Assembly: GCA_018711185.1 (NCBI GenBank)
Contig: DVIQ01000099.1
Coordinates: 10,380 to 74,379 of the forward strand
Direction of reading: 5' to 3'
Source of the DNA: Candidatus Limivivens intestinipullorum
GTDB lineage: Bacteria; Bacillota; Clostridia; Lachnospirales; Lachnospiraceae
Length of the DNA stretch: 64,000 bases
The notes below the pieces were generated by a model, which had not been told where the DNA came from, did not search any database, and saw only the letters and a list, made by a program, of their open reading frames with translations. The position numbers were made by a program, and so were the translations under genes. Of this stretch, positions 39,601 through 48,230 are shown piece by piece. Each line of letters starts with the position of its first letter. Position 1 is the stretch's first letter.

Positions 39601-39629
39601 GTAACCGTTCAGCCCTGCTGAACGGTTAC
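39601..39629. repeat. 29-bp palindromic repeat, copy 6 (perfect 13-3-13)
   Basis: GTAACCGTTCAGC-CCT-GCTGAACGGTTAC between convergent genes. Confidence 0.85.
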
Positions 39630-39712
39630 AAAAAGAGGACCCCTGAGGTCCTCTTTTTGGCTGCGGGGAGCGAAGACCGGCTATGCTGTGAGCCGGACGG
39701 TCCGATCCGTTT

Positions 39713-40657
39713 TCAGCCGAGAAGCTCCGGAATCTCATCCAGATACCGGCGCAGGGCGTCCTGCCAGTGGGGCAGGGGCGTAAAGCCGCTGGCGGCAAGT
39801 TTGCTCTTGTCCAGCCGGCTGTTAAAGGGGCGCCTGGCCTTGGAAACGCCGTATTCCTCGGTGGTAACCGGAAGGACGTTTACCTTGCTGTAGACATCCT
39901 GGCCCCGGGCTGCGGCCTGGCGGAAGATTTCCTTTGTGAAGTCGTACCAGCTTATGAATCCGCCCTCGTTGGTGGCGTGATAATAGCCGTATTTCTCCGT
40001 CTGGATCATGTCAACCAGAAGACGGGCCAGATCCAGGGTGTAGGTGGGGGTGCCGATCTGGTCGTTTACCACTCGGATGGTGTCGTGGGTTTTCCCAAGG
40101 CGAAGCATGGTTTTGATGAAGTTGCTGCCGTTTTTGCCAAAGACCCAGGCGATGCGCACGATAAAGTATTTTTCCAGAAGCTCGCTTACGGCAAGCTCGC
40201 CTTCCAGCTTGGTCTGTCCGTAGACATTCAGGGGCTTGTAGTCCTTGCAGTCCGGTTCCCATGGGGTCTCTCCCTGGCCGTCGAAGACGTAATCCGTGCT
40301 CAGATATACCATCTTGCAGTCAAGCTCCTTGCAGGCGGCGGCGATGTTACGGGTGCCGTCGGCGTTGATCCGGCGCACGGCAGCGATCTTGTCCGTATCC
40401 TCTGCCAGATCCACAGCGGTCCAGGCGGCGCAGTGAACCACCGCGTCCGGAGCGGTTTCTTTCAGAACCCGGTTTACACAGTCCGCGTCCGTGATGTCTA
40501 TGGGCACATAGGGCATAGTGGTCACGGCGCTTCCGTCCGCAATGCCGCTGTACACTTCTTTTAAATCCGAACCCACGCCCGCGATACCCCGGGCAGCCAG
40601 TTCGTTCATAACGTCGTGGCCAAGCTGGCCGGCGACTCCGGTAACTAAAACCTTCAT
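39713..40657 (-). CDS. rmlD: dTDP-4-dehydrorhamnose reductase
   Basis: LVTGVAGQLG, HCAAWTAVD, STDYVFDG, YGQTKLEGE and DQIGTPT motifs. Confidence 0.93.
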   Translation of the reverse strand: MKVLVTGVAGQLGHDVMNELAARGIAGVGSDLKEVYSGIADGSAVTTMPYVPIDITDADCVNRVLKETAPDAVVHCAAWTAVDLAEDTDKIAAVRRINADGTRNIAAACKELDCKMVYLSTDYVFDGQGETPWEPDCKDYKPLNVYGQTKLEGELAVSELLEKYFIVRIAWVFGKNGSNFIKTMLRLGKTHDTIRVVNDQIGTPTYTLDLARLLVDMIQTEKYGYYHATNEGGFISWYDFTKEIFRQAAARGQDVYSKVNVLPVTTEEYGVSKARRPFNSRLDKSKLAASGFTPLPHWQDALRRYLDEIPELLG

Positions 40658-40669
40658 ATCAGCGCCTCC

Positions 40670-41689
40670 TTAGCGGTTTCCGTACATTTTTTCATAGTAA
40701 TTCTGATATTCACCGGAAATGATGGTTTCCCACCACTCTCTGTTATCCAGATACCAGCGGATGGTTTTCTTGATGCCGTCCTCGAACTTTGTCTCCGGGA
40801 GCCAGCCAAGCTCATTGTGGATCTTCGTGGGATCGATGGCGTAGCGCATGTCGTGGCCTTTGCGGTCTGTGACATAGGTGATCAGGCTCTCCGGCTTGCC
40901 AAGCTCGCGGCAGATGATCTTCACAATATCGATGTTGCGCATTTCGTTGTGTCCGCCGATATTGTAAACCTCGCCCTCACGGCCTTTGTGGATAATCAGG
41001 TCGATGGCCTTGCAGTGATCCTCAACGTACAGCCAGTCGCGGACGTTTTCGCCTTTTCCGTAAACGGGAAGGGGTTTGTCGTTCAGGGCATTGGCGATCA
41101 TCAGAGGGATCAGCTTTTCCGGGAAATGGTAGGGACCATAGTTGTTGGAGCAGCGGCTGATGGTCACCGGCAGCCCGTAGGTTCTGTGGTAGGCCAGCAC
41201 CAGAAGATCCGCTGAGGCCTTGGAGGCGCTGTAGGGGCTGCTGGTGTGGATGGGAGTTTCCTCCGTGAAAAACAGGTCGGGACGGTCCAAGGGCAGATCG
41301 CCGTACACCTCGTCCGTGGAAACCTGATGGTATCTCTGGATTCCATATTTGCGGCAGGCGTCCATCAAAACAGCGGTTCCCTTGATGTTCGTGTCCAGGA
41401 AAACCTCCGGGTTTTCGATGGAACGGTCCACATGGCTCTCCGCGGCGAAGTTTACCACCATATCCGGGAGTTCCTCCTCAAAGAGACGGTAAACGGCCTC
41501 CCGGTCTGTGATGTTTTCCTTTACGAAGCGGAAGTTCGGATTGTCCATGACCGGAGCCAGGGTGGAAAGATTACCCGCGTAAGTCAGGCAGTCCAGACAG
41601 ATAATCCGGTAATCCGGATATTTTTTCAACATGTGGAAAATAAAGTTGCTTCCGATAAAACCGGCGCCGCCGGTAACAATAATCTTCAT
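40670..41689 (-). CDS. rmlB: dTDP-glucose 4,6-dehydratase
   Basis: MKIIVTGGAGFIGSNF, FAAESHVDRS, STDEVYG and YSASK motifs; real start at 41689. Confidence 0.95.
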   Translation of the reverse strand: MKIIVTGGAGFIGSNFIFHMLKKYPDYRIICLDCLTYAGNLSTLAPVMDNPNFRFVKENITDREAVYRLFEEELPDMVVNFAAESHVDRSIENPEVFLDTNIKGTAVLMDACRKYGIQRYHQVSTDEVYGDLPLDRPDLFFTEETPIHTSSPYSASKASADLLVLAYHRTYGLPVTISRCSNNYGPYHFPEKLIPLMIANALNDKPLPVYGKGENVRDWLYVEDHCKAIDLIIHKGREGEVYNIGGHNEMRNIDIVKIICRELGKPESLITYVTDRKGHDMRYAIDPTKIHNELGWLPETKFEDGIKKTIRWYLDNREWWETIISGEYQNYYEKMYGNR

Positions 41690-41911
41690 ACTCTTATACG
41701 CTCTCTTTCCGGCGCCGGAAAATGCTCCCGGCGCCTGTGTGTTTTTTGATTCCCGTAAGCAACGAGCCAAGCGGGCATGCTTGTATGTCCATTTGGCGGT
41801 GCTGTGTGCCGGTGGCACACGTTTCGCACCAACCGAAGCGTAGACCAAATACCCCGCAGCTCTGCTGCGCTGCAAGTTTGATGCCCCGCAGCTTGCTGCG
41901 GGCCTTCTGGC
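41690..41911. repeat. hairpin-rich intergenic insertion with two CCCCGCAGCT(C)TGCTGCG palindromes
   Basis: Copies at 41852-41869 and 41884-41902, plus GTGTGCCGGTGGCACAC; this is an unusually long rmlA-rmlB spacer. Confidence 0.55.
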
Positions 41912-42811
41912 TTATCCGTGAAGTACGTCCAGATATTTTCCGTCCAGCACATCCTTTAAATACTGGCCATACTGATTCTTTTTCAGAACCTCGTAAACTT
42001 TCAGCACATCCTCCCGGCTGATCCAGCCGTTCAGATAGGCGATTTCCTCCAGGCAGGCGATTTTGCGGTGCTGGTGGGTCTCCATGGTTTTCACAAAGTT
42101 CGTGGCGTCCACCAGGCTTTCATGGGTACCGGTGTCCAGCCAGGTAAAGCCTTGTCCCAAAAGCTCTACATTCAGCCGCCCCGCCTCAAGATAAATCCGG
42201 TTCAGGTCCGTGATTTCCAGTTCGCCTCTCGCGCTGGGCTTTAAGTTTCTGGCGTATTCTACGACCTGGTTGTCGTAGAAGTACAGTCCGGTTACGCAGT
42301 AATTGCTCTTGGGCTGCTTCGGCTTCTCCTCAATGGAGACGGCGCGGCCTTCCTTGTCAAACTCTACAATGCCAAACCGCTCCGGATCGTCCACATAGTA
42401 GCCGAACACCGTGGCGCCTTTGCCGTTTTCGGCATTCTCCACGGCTGCCCGCAGGCGTTTGGAAAGACCGTGGCCGGCGAAGATATTGTCGCCGAGAATC
42501 ATGGCCACCGTGTCGTCTCCGATGAAATCCGCGCCGATGGTGAAGGCCTGGGCCAAACCGTCGGGGCTTGGCTGCACGGCATAGGAAAGCTCCACGCCGA
42601 ACTGGTGGCCGTCCTTTAAAAGCTCCTGGAACCTGGGGGTATCCTGGGGTGTGGAAATGATTAAAATTTCCCGGATGCCGGCTGTCATCAGCACGGACAT
42701 GGGGTAGTAGATCATGGGCTTGTCATAGATGGGCAGAAGCTGCTTGGACGTCACCATGGTCAGAGGGTAAAGCCTTGTGCCGGAACCTCCGGCAAGAATA
42801 ATCCCTTTCAT
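41912..42811 (-). CDS. rmlA: glucose-1-phosphate thymidylyltransferase
   Basis: [42 protein letters not shown] and WLDTGT motifs. Confidence 0.96.
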   Translation of the reverse strand: MKGIILAGGSGTRLYPLTMVTSKQLLPIYDKPMIYYPMSVLMTAGIREILIISTPQDTPRFQELLKDGHQFGVELSYAVQPSPDGLAQAFTIGADFIGDDTVAMILGDNIFAGHGLSKRLRAAVENAENGKGATVFGYYVDDPERFGIVEFDKEGRAVSIEEKPKQPKSNYCVTGLYFYDNQVVEYARNLKPSARGELEITDLNRIYLEAGRLNVELLGQGFTWLDTGTHESLVDATNFVKTMETHQHRKIACLEEIAYLNGWISREDVLKVYEVLKKNQYGQYLKDVLDGKYLDVLHG

Positions 42812-42945
42812 TTGTTCGAATCTCCTTTGCGTTTTTGCCGCGGACCAGCGCTGTTTTAAACCATCTCCCCGGAATCCGGGGCGCTTTCGCGGCTGGCCGG
42901 TTACGGCGTCTCTTATCACGTCTGCACTTTTCGGTCTATGTCGGT

Positions 42946-42976
42946 ATTATACAGGGTGACGTTACGTCACCTGCAA
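42946..42976 (-). promoter_or_regulatory. MerR-type promoter/operator upstream of rmlA
   Basis: Minus strand reads TTGCAG-gtgacgtaacgtcaccctg (19 bp)-TATAAT; dyad GGTGACGT-N-ACGTCACC at 42955-42971. Confidence 0.8.
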
Positions 42977-42992
42977 GGGTTTTTTTAAATTT

Positions 42993-44180
42993 CTAAGAGA
43001 TTTTTTGGCAGAGAAAAATGCCGGCCTCCTTGGTGATGGAGAAGCCGTTTTTGGTTTTGCTCTCCACGAAGGCTCGGAAATCTTTATAGCGGTCCAGAAG
43101 GTACGTATTCTGATTTCCGTGACAGGAGAGGATGTACTCCACCAGAGGCTCCGGGTTGTTCACCAGAAGGCGGTCCGGGTAGCGCAGGCTCTGAATGGAG
43201 GAGAAGAAGGGCTCCAGAAGCCCGCGGCCGTTTTCCAGGCCAAAGCGCTCATAAAGCTTTTCGGCGGCAAGGACGATCCGGTCGTCAAATTCCTGGACAA
43301 GGCGGCTGATTTCCTTCATATGACCCGCTCCGTAGGTGCTGCACAGGAAACGGCCCCCGGACTTTAAAACCCGGCGGACCTGTCCGAAAACGCCGGGAAG
43401 ATCTTCACAGTAAAACAAGAGATGGTTGGCGATCACCAGATCAAAGGAGGCATCCGGGAAGGGAATCCGTGCGCAGTCAAATTCCAGAAAGGAGAAACGG
43501 GAATCGGAAGGGCCGATGGCCCGCTTGGCGTCTCTTAGCATGCCCTCGGAGATGTCGGAGAGGGTGATGGAAACGCCCTGGGGAAGCCGCTCCCTGTTTT
43601 CCGTCCAGAGAGCGCCGTTGCCGCAGCCAAGCTCGAGAACGCGCATGCCGGGCCGGATCCGGCACTGTTCATAGATCCAGGGAAACCAGCCCTGGGGATT
43701 CGTGGAATAGAGGGCGTGGAGGTTAATGCGGGCAGAAATATTGGAGGCATTCTGGTACTGGGTTTTCAGGCTCTCCTCCATGCCCGTCAGGTGGATCAGA
43801 TCCAGCATCTGGCTCCAGTTCACCTGCTTTTCGGTCTGGAGGGCCGCGGCCGTCTCTTCGATGGCCTTTTCCACAAGCTGCATCTGCTCAATCCGGTCAC
43901 GGACGAGTTTGAGCTGGAGCTTCAGGGAGCGCCGCATCCTTTGAGGGTCCGGCTCTCCGATGGTCATGGCCCGGATATCTTCAAGGGAAAAACCCAGATA
44001 TTTCAGGAGCAGGATCTGCTGGAGCCTGGCGAAATCTCCGTCTGTGTAGAAACGCGCGCCGGCGGGGCTTACATAGGCGGGCTTTAAAAGATTCTGTTTG
44101 TCATAGTACCGGATGGTACGGATGGACACATGGGCCATCCGGGCGAATTCTCCGGAGGTGTAGTAGCCTGGAAGTTTCAT
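42993..44180 (-). CDS. MerR-family regulator fused to a class I SAM-dependent methyltransferase domain
   Basis: N-terminal YTSGEFARMAHVSIRTIRYYDKQNLLKP and LGFSLEDIR; C-terminal VLELGCGNG, FDLVIANHLLFY and VLKSGG; start at MKLPG. Confidence 0.88.
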   Translation of the reverse strand: MKLPGYYTSGEFARMAHVSIRTIRYYDKQNLLKPAYVSPAGARFYTDGDFARLQQILLLKYLGFSLEDIRAMTIGEPDPQRMRRSLKLQLKLVRDRIEQMQLVEKAIEETAAALQTEKQVNWSQMLDLIHLTGMEESLKTQYQNASNISARINLHALYSTNPQGWFPWIYEQCRIRPGMRVLELGCGNGALWTENRERLPQGVSITLSDISEGMLRDAKRAIGPSDSRFSFLEFDCARIPFPDASFDLVIANHLLFYCEDLPGVFGQVRRVLKSGGRFLCSTYGAGHMKEISRLVQEFDDRIVLAAEKLYERFGLENGRGLLEPFFSSIQSLRYPDRLLVNNPEPLVEYILSCHGNQNTYLLDRYKDFRAFVESKTKNGFSITKEAGIFLCQKIS

Positions 44181-44205
44181 GGCGGACGTCCTTTCTTTTT
44201 CTGCC

Positions 44206-44234
44206 ATTATACTGAAAAAACGAAGATGTGGCAA
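44206..44234 (-). promoter_or_regulatory. putative sigma-A promoter of the MerR-methyltransferase gene
   Basis: TTGCCA, 17 bp, TATAAT on the minus strand, with no dyad. Confidence 0.6.
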
Positions 44235-44439
44235 CCGGTTCGACACACAAGCGTGTTTTTGGACAAAAGGATAAGAGTGTCGGAATTTGTAACAAAGTGC
44301 GCGAACTAGGGCAAAAGTGGGACATATATCGTTCTCTGACCGGAGAGATATCCCAGAGGATTTGATATAATAAATAAAATGATGAACAGGCTCGCGCACA
44401 TTGGGCGAACCGTGGAAAATTAAGGAAGGGGAGATTTTT

Positions 44440-47055
44440 ATGTCTGCATACGACAAAAAGATTAACGAGGTTATAACTGCGCTCCAGACGGATCCGGCAA
44501 AGGGACTGACCGGGAATCAGGTTTCGGAAAGACGCGCGAAATACGGCGAAAACAAGCTGCGGGAAAAAAAGAAAAAAACAAATCTTCAGCGGTTTGCGGA
44601 GCAGTTTAAGGACGCGATGATTTTAATTCTGATTGTTGCGGCGGCGGTTTCTTTTGTTATCGCTTGTACCCAGGGGGAACCACAGGAGTTTTTTGAGCCG
44701 ATTCTGATTCTGCTGATTGTTTTGCTGAACGCGGTCATGGGCGTGATACAGGAGAGCAAGGCGGAAAAGGCGCTGGATGCTTTAAAGGGTTTGTCCGCGC
44801 CCCACGCGCGGGTGATCCGGGACGGGGAAGAAAAGATCATTGACGCGGCAGAACTGGTTCCCGGCGATGTGATCCGCCTGGAGGCCGGAGACTTCATCCC
44901 GGCCGACGCCAGGCTTGTGCGCAGCGTCAGCTTAAAGAGCGAGGAGTCCGCCCTGACCGGAGAATCCGTTCCTTCGGAGAAGGACGCTGACGCGGCAGTG
45001 GATGAGAAAGCCCCTCTGGGCGACCGCGTAAATATGGTATTTTCCGGATGCAGCGTCACCTATGGCACCGCGGCGGCGATTGTCACCGCTACAGGCATGG
45101 ACACGGAAATGGGTAAGATCGCGAATCTGCTGGAAAATGAGAAGGAAGAGCAGACGCCTCTGCAGAAGAAGCTCGCCCAGCTTGGAAAATACCTGGGCGC
45201 TTTGGCTCTGGCAGCCTGCGCGATTATTTTTATTGTAGGCGTGGCTAACGGGATTCCTGCCCTGGAAATTTTTATGACTGCGGTATCCCTGGCGGTTTCC
45301 GCGATACCGGAGGGGCTTCCGGCCATTGTCACCATCGTTTTGTCCATCGGCGTGCAGCGGATGGTCAAAAAGAACGCGATTATCCGCCGCCTGCCCGCGG
45401 TGGAAACCCTGGGAAGCGCTTCGGTGATCTGTTCGGATAAGACCGGAACCCTGACCCAGAACCGCATGACGCTGGTAAAGGCCTGGACAGACGGAAAGGA
45501 AGACTGCGAGAACATTGGAACGCAGAACTCTCAGGAAATGCAAAGGCTGCTTTGCTGTGCTGCCCTTTGCTGCGACGGCAGCGTGGTCTTTCATGGAACC
45601 GAGGAGCAGCATATCGGGGATCCCACGGAAACGGCCATTGTGCTGGCGGCCCATAAAAACGGTATGCCGAAGGATGAGCTGAACAGACAGTTTCCCCGGC
45701 TGGCAGAGATTCCCTTTGATTCGGACCGGAAACTGATGACCACGATAAACCGCATGGACGGAAAAAACAGGGTGATTGTCAAGGGCGCTTTTGACGTCAT
45801 GGCTTCCCGGTGCGTGGCGGGAGACCTGAAAAAAGCCGCCGAAATCAATGAGGAGATGAGCAGAAACGCCCTGCGGGTGCTGGCGGTGGGGTATAAAGAA
45901 ATTCCTGAGGTTCCCGAACGGGCTCTGCCGGAGGAAATGGAAACGGGCCTGACCTTACTGGGACTTCTGGGAATGATCGATCCGCCAAGACCGGAAGCGA
46001 AGGCGGCGGTGGAAACTTGCCGGAGAGCCGGCATCAAGCCGGTGATGATTACCGGAGACCACGTTGTGACGGCTTCGGCTATCGCGAGGGAACTGGGCAT
46101 TCTGCAGGAAGGCGATAAAGCGGTTACAGGTCCGGAACTGGACGCCATGACGGACACGGAGCTGGACGGGCAGGTGGAGCGCATTTCCGTTTACGCCCGC
46201 GTATCGCCGGAGAACAAAATCCGGATTGTCAAAGCCTGGCAGCGGAAAGGCCAGGTGGTCTCCATGACTGGCGACGGCGTGAACGACGCTCCGGCACTGA
46301 AAGCTGCCGATATCGGCTGCGCCATGGGAATCACCGGAACGGATGTGGCAAAGGGAGCGGCGGATATGACGCTTACCGACGACAATTTCGCCACGATTGT
46401 GGACGCGGTCCGGGAAGGGCGGGGAATTTACGCGAACATCAAAAAGGTGGTGGGCTTTCTTCTGGGGACGAACATCGGCGAGGTGATCACGGTGTTTGTG
46501 GCTATGCTTTTGTGGCATAAGTCGCCGCTGATGTCCATGCAGCTGTTGTGGATCAACCTTGTGACCGACAGCCTTCCCGCCATTGCACTTGGCGTAGAGC
46601 CGGTGGAGAAGGATATTATGACACAGAAGCCAAAGCCCAAAGACGAAGGCCTCTTCGCCCATGGATTCGGCGTGCGCATTGTCCTGCAGGGAGCGATGTT
46701 CGGGATTCTCGCCCTGGCAGCGTTCTATTTTGGCGAAAGCGCCACGGGGCAGGACGCCGGAGGGCAGACCCTGGCGTTTATGGTGCTTGCCCTTTCTCAG
46801 ATTGTGCAGGCGTTTAATATGCGTTCAGAGCATTCCCTGTTTCAAATCGGCGTATTTACAAACGCCAGGCTGAACCAGGCGGCTCTTCTTTCCATCGTTC
46901 TGGTGCTGCTGGTAATGTTCAGTCCCTTGTCCATTCTGTTTGGGCTGATCCGGCTTCCGTGGAACCTTTATCTGGCGGGGGTGGGATTGATTCTCGTTCC
47001 GCTGCTTGTGATGGAAGTGTCCAAGGCGGCGGGGCTGATCCGGCATCATCACTGA
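44440..47055 (+). CDS. cation-translocating P-type ATPase (type IIA, Ca2+-like)
   Basis: LTGES, AIPEGLP, CSDKTGTLT, MITGDH, TGDGVNDAPALK and QLLWINLVTD motifs. Confidence 0.93.
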   Translation: MSAYDKKINEVITALQTDPAKGLTGNQVSERRAKYGENKLREKKKKTNLQRFAEQFKDAMILILIVAAAVSFVIACTQGEPQEFFEPILILLIVLLNAVMGVIQESKAEKALDALKGLSAPHARVIRDGEEKIIDAAELVPGDVIRLEAGDFIPADARLVRSVSLKSEESALTGESVPSEKDADAAVDEKAPLGDRVNMVFSGCSVTYGTAAAIVTATGMDTEMGKIANLLENEKEEQTPLQKKLAQLGKYLGALALAACAIIFIVGVANGIPALEIFMTAVSLAVSAIPEGLPAIVTIVLSIGVQRMVKKNAIIRRLPAVETLGSASVICSDKTGTLTQNRMTLVKAWTDGKEDCENIGTQNSQEMQRLLCCAALCCDGSVVFHGTEEQHIGDPTETAIVLAAHKNGMPKDELNRQFPRLAEIPFDSDRKLMTTINRMDGKNRVIVKGAFDVMASRCVAGDLKKAAEINEEMSRNALRVLAVGYKEIPEVPERALPEEMETGLTLLGLLGMIDPPRPEAKAAVETCRRAGIKPVMITGDHVVTASAIARELGILQEGDKAVTGPELDAMTDTELDGQVERISVYARVSPENKIRIVKAWQRKGQVVSMTGDGVNDAPALKAADIGCAMGITGTDVAKGAADMTLTDDNFATIVDAVREGRGIYANIKKVVGFLLGTNIGEVITVFVAMLLWHKSPLMSMQLLWINLVTDSLPAIALGVEPVEKDIMTQKPKPKDEGLFAHGFGVRIVLQGAMFGILALAAFYFGESATGQDAGGQTLAFMVLALSQIVQAFNMRSEHSLFQIGVFTNARLNQAALLSIVLVLLVMFSPLSILFGLIRLPWNLYLAGVGLILVPLLVMEVSKAAGLIRHHH

Positions 47056-47099
47056 CGCGCATAGAAAGCGAAAGCTGCTGCAAACGGCTGTGAGCAGTA

Positions 47100-47447
47100 A
47101 TGACGAAGGGATTGTCTGGAAAAACGACGCGGCGGATCCGCCGGGTTCTGGAGTATATCCGGCTTCATGTTCATACGAACGTCACCAGATCAGAGGCCGC
47201 GGGGCTTATTAACCTGAATGAGGAATATTTTTCCAAGGTATTTAAGACGCATACGGGTATGTCCTTTAAAAACTATGTGCTGTCGGAAAAAATGAAAGCG
47301 GCCATGAATCTTCTGGCAAACACAAATCTTTCCGTCGGACTGATCGCTTCGAAGGTCGGCTTTGATAATTTTTCGCATTTTTCAAAAACATTTAAAAAGT
47401 ATACGGATTTATCCCCACAGGAGTACCGCAGAATCTACCAGAAATGA
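47100..47447 (+). pseudogene. AraC C-terminal HTH fragment lacking a sensor domain
   Basis: 115 aa with YFSKVFK and GFDNFSHFSKTFKKYT; starts 45 bp after the ATPase stop with no clear RBS. Confidence 0.6.
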
Positions 47448-47534
47448 AGCGGCCGGAGGGGGACAATCTCACAATCAGAAAAGAAATGTCACAAAAGGGA
47501 CAAATGCGCCGGCAAGAGGCGGGGCAATATCTCA

Positions 47535-47585
47535 CAAAGGGAACAGAAACCTCCTACATATTTGGTAGAGGTTCCTGTTCTTTTT
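47535..47585. terminator. hairpin, possible terminator
   Basis: GAACAG..AACCT.CTAC-ATATTTG-GTAG.AGGTT..CTGTTC followed by a T-run. Confidence 0.5.
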
Positions 47586-47631
47586 GATTAAAATAGAACC
47601 ATCAACAGACGGATAGGAGGTTCTTAAAAGT

Positions 47632-48230
47632 ATGAAGAGAACAAAGAAAATGCTGCTGGCCGCCACAGCCGCGGCCATGACGCTGGGGGCGGCGGCCACG
47701 CTCTGGTAAACTGCCGGAACCACGGCGATACCATTGTTCTGGACATCGATGAGGAAATCGCGGACGCCATGGGCGTGGAAGCCGGGTCTTTCATGACGCT
47801 GGACGAGGTGGACGAGCTTCTTGGAAGGATCAATGAGGCGTATCCGGACCGCTACACAATCGTTCCCCAGGGAAGCTCAAAGATGAGCAACGGCGGCTGG
47901 ACCTGGGACGGACTTGGCGATATTTCCTTTATCGGCGTGATCGAAGCAGGACAGGAAGACTACACGGTACAGAATCTTCTGGAAACGGATTCCTTTAAGG
48001 AGTTTACCAGCCATACCCGTTCCTGGTATGAAAACGGCTATATGATGCAGGACTGCTTAAGCAACACGGAGACGGGTTCTTCCATGATCCGGAACGGAAA
48101 AGCGGCCACCTGCTTTGACAACGGCGCGTATTATTCGGATTTGGACTATCACAACAGCGGAATCGTGCGCGTACAGCTCACAACGGCAAAAGCGGATACC
48201 ACTACGATTTCCGGTATGTGCTGGGTATAA
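47632..48230 (+). pseudogene. degraded ABC sugar-binding protein gene
   Basis: RBS plus signal peptide MKRTKKMLLAATAAAMTLGAAA (stop at 47709) joined out of frame to a mid-protein SBP-like segment (TLDEVDELLGRINEAYP...WYENGYMMQD) that stops early. Confidence 0.65.

Noticed and set aside
41690-41875. 62-aa N-terminal extension of RmlB in the ORF track
   Set aside because: RmlB homology begins at MKIIVTGG (41689); the extension is an open frame through the palindromic spacer.
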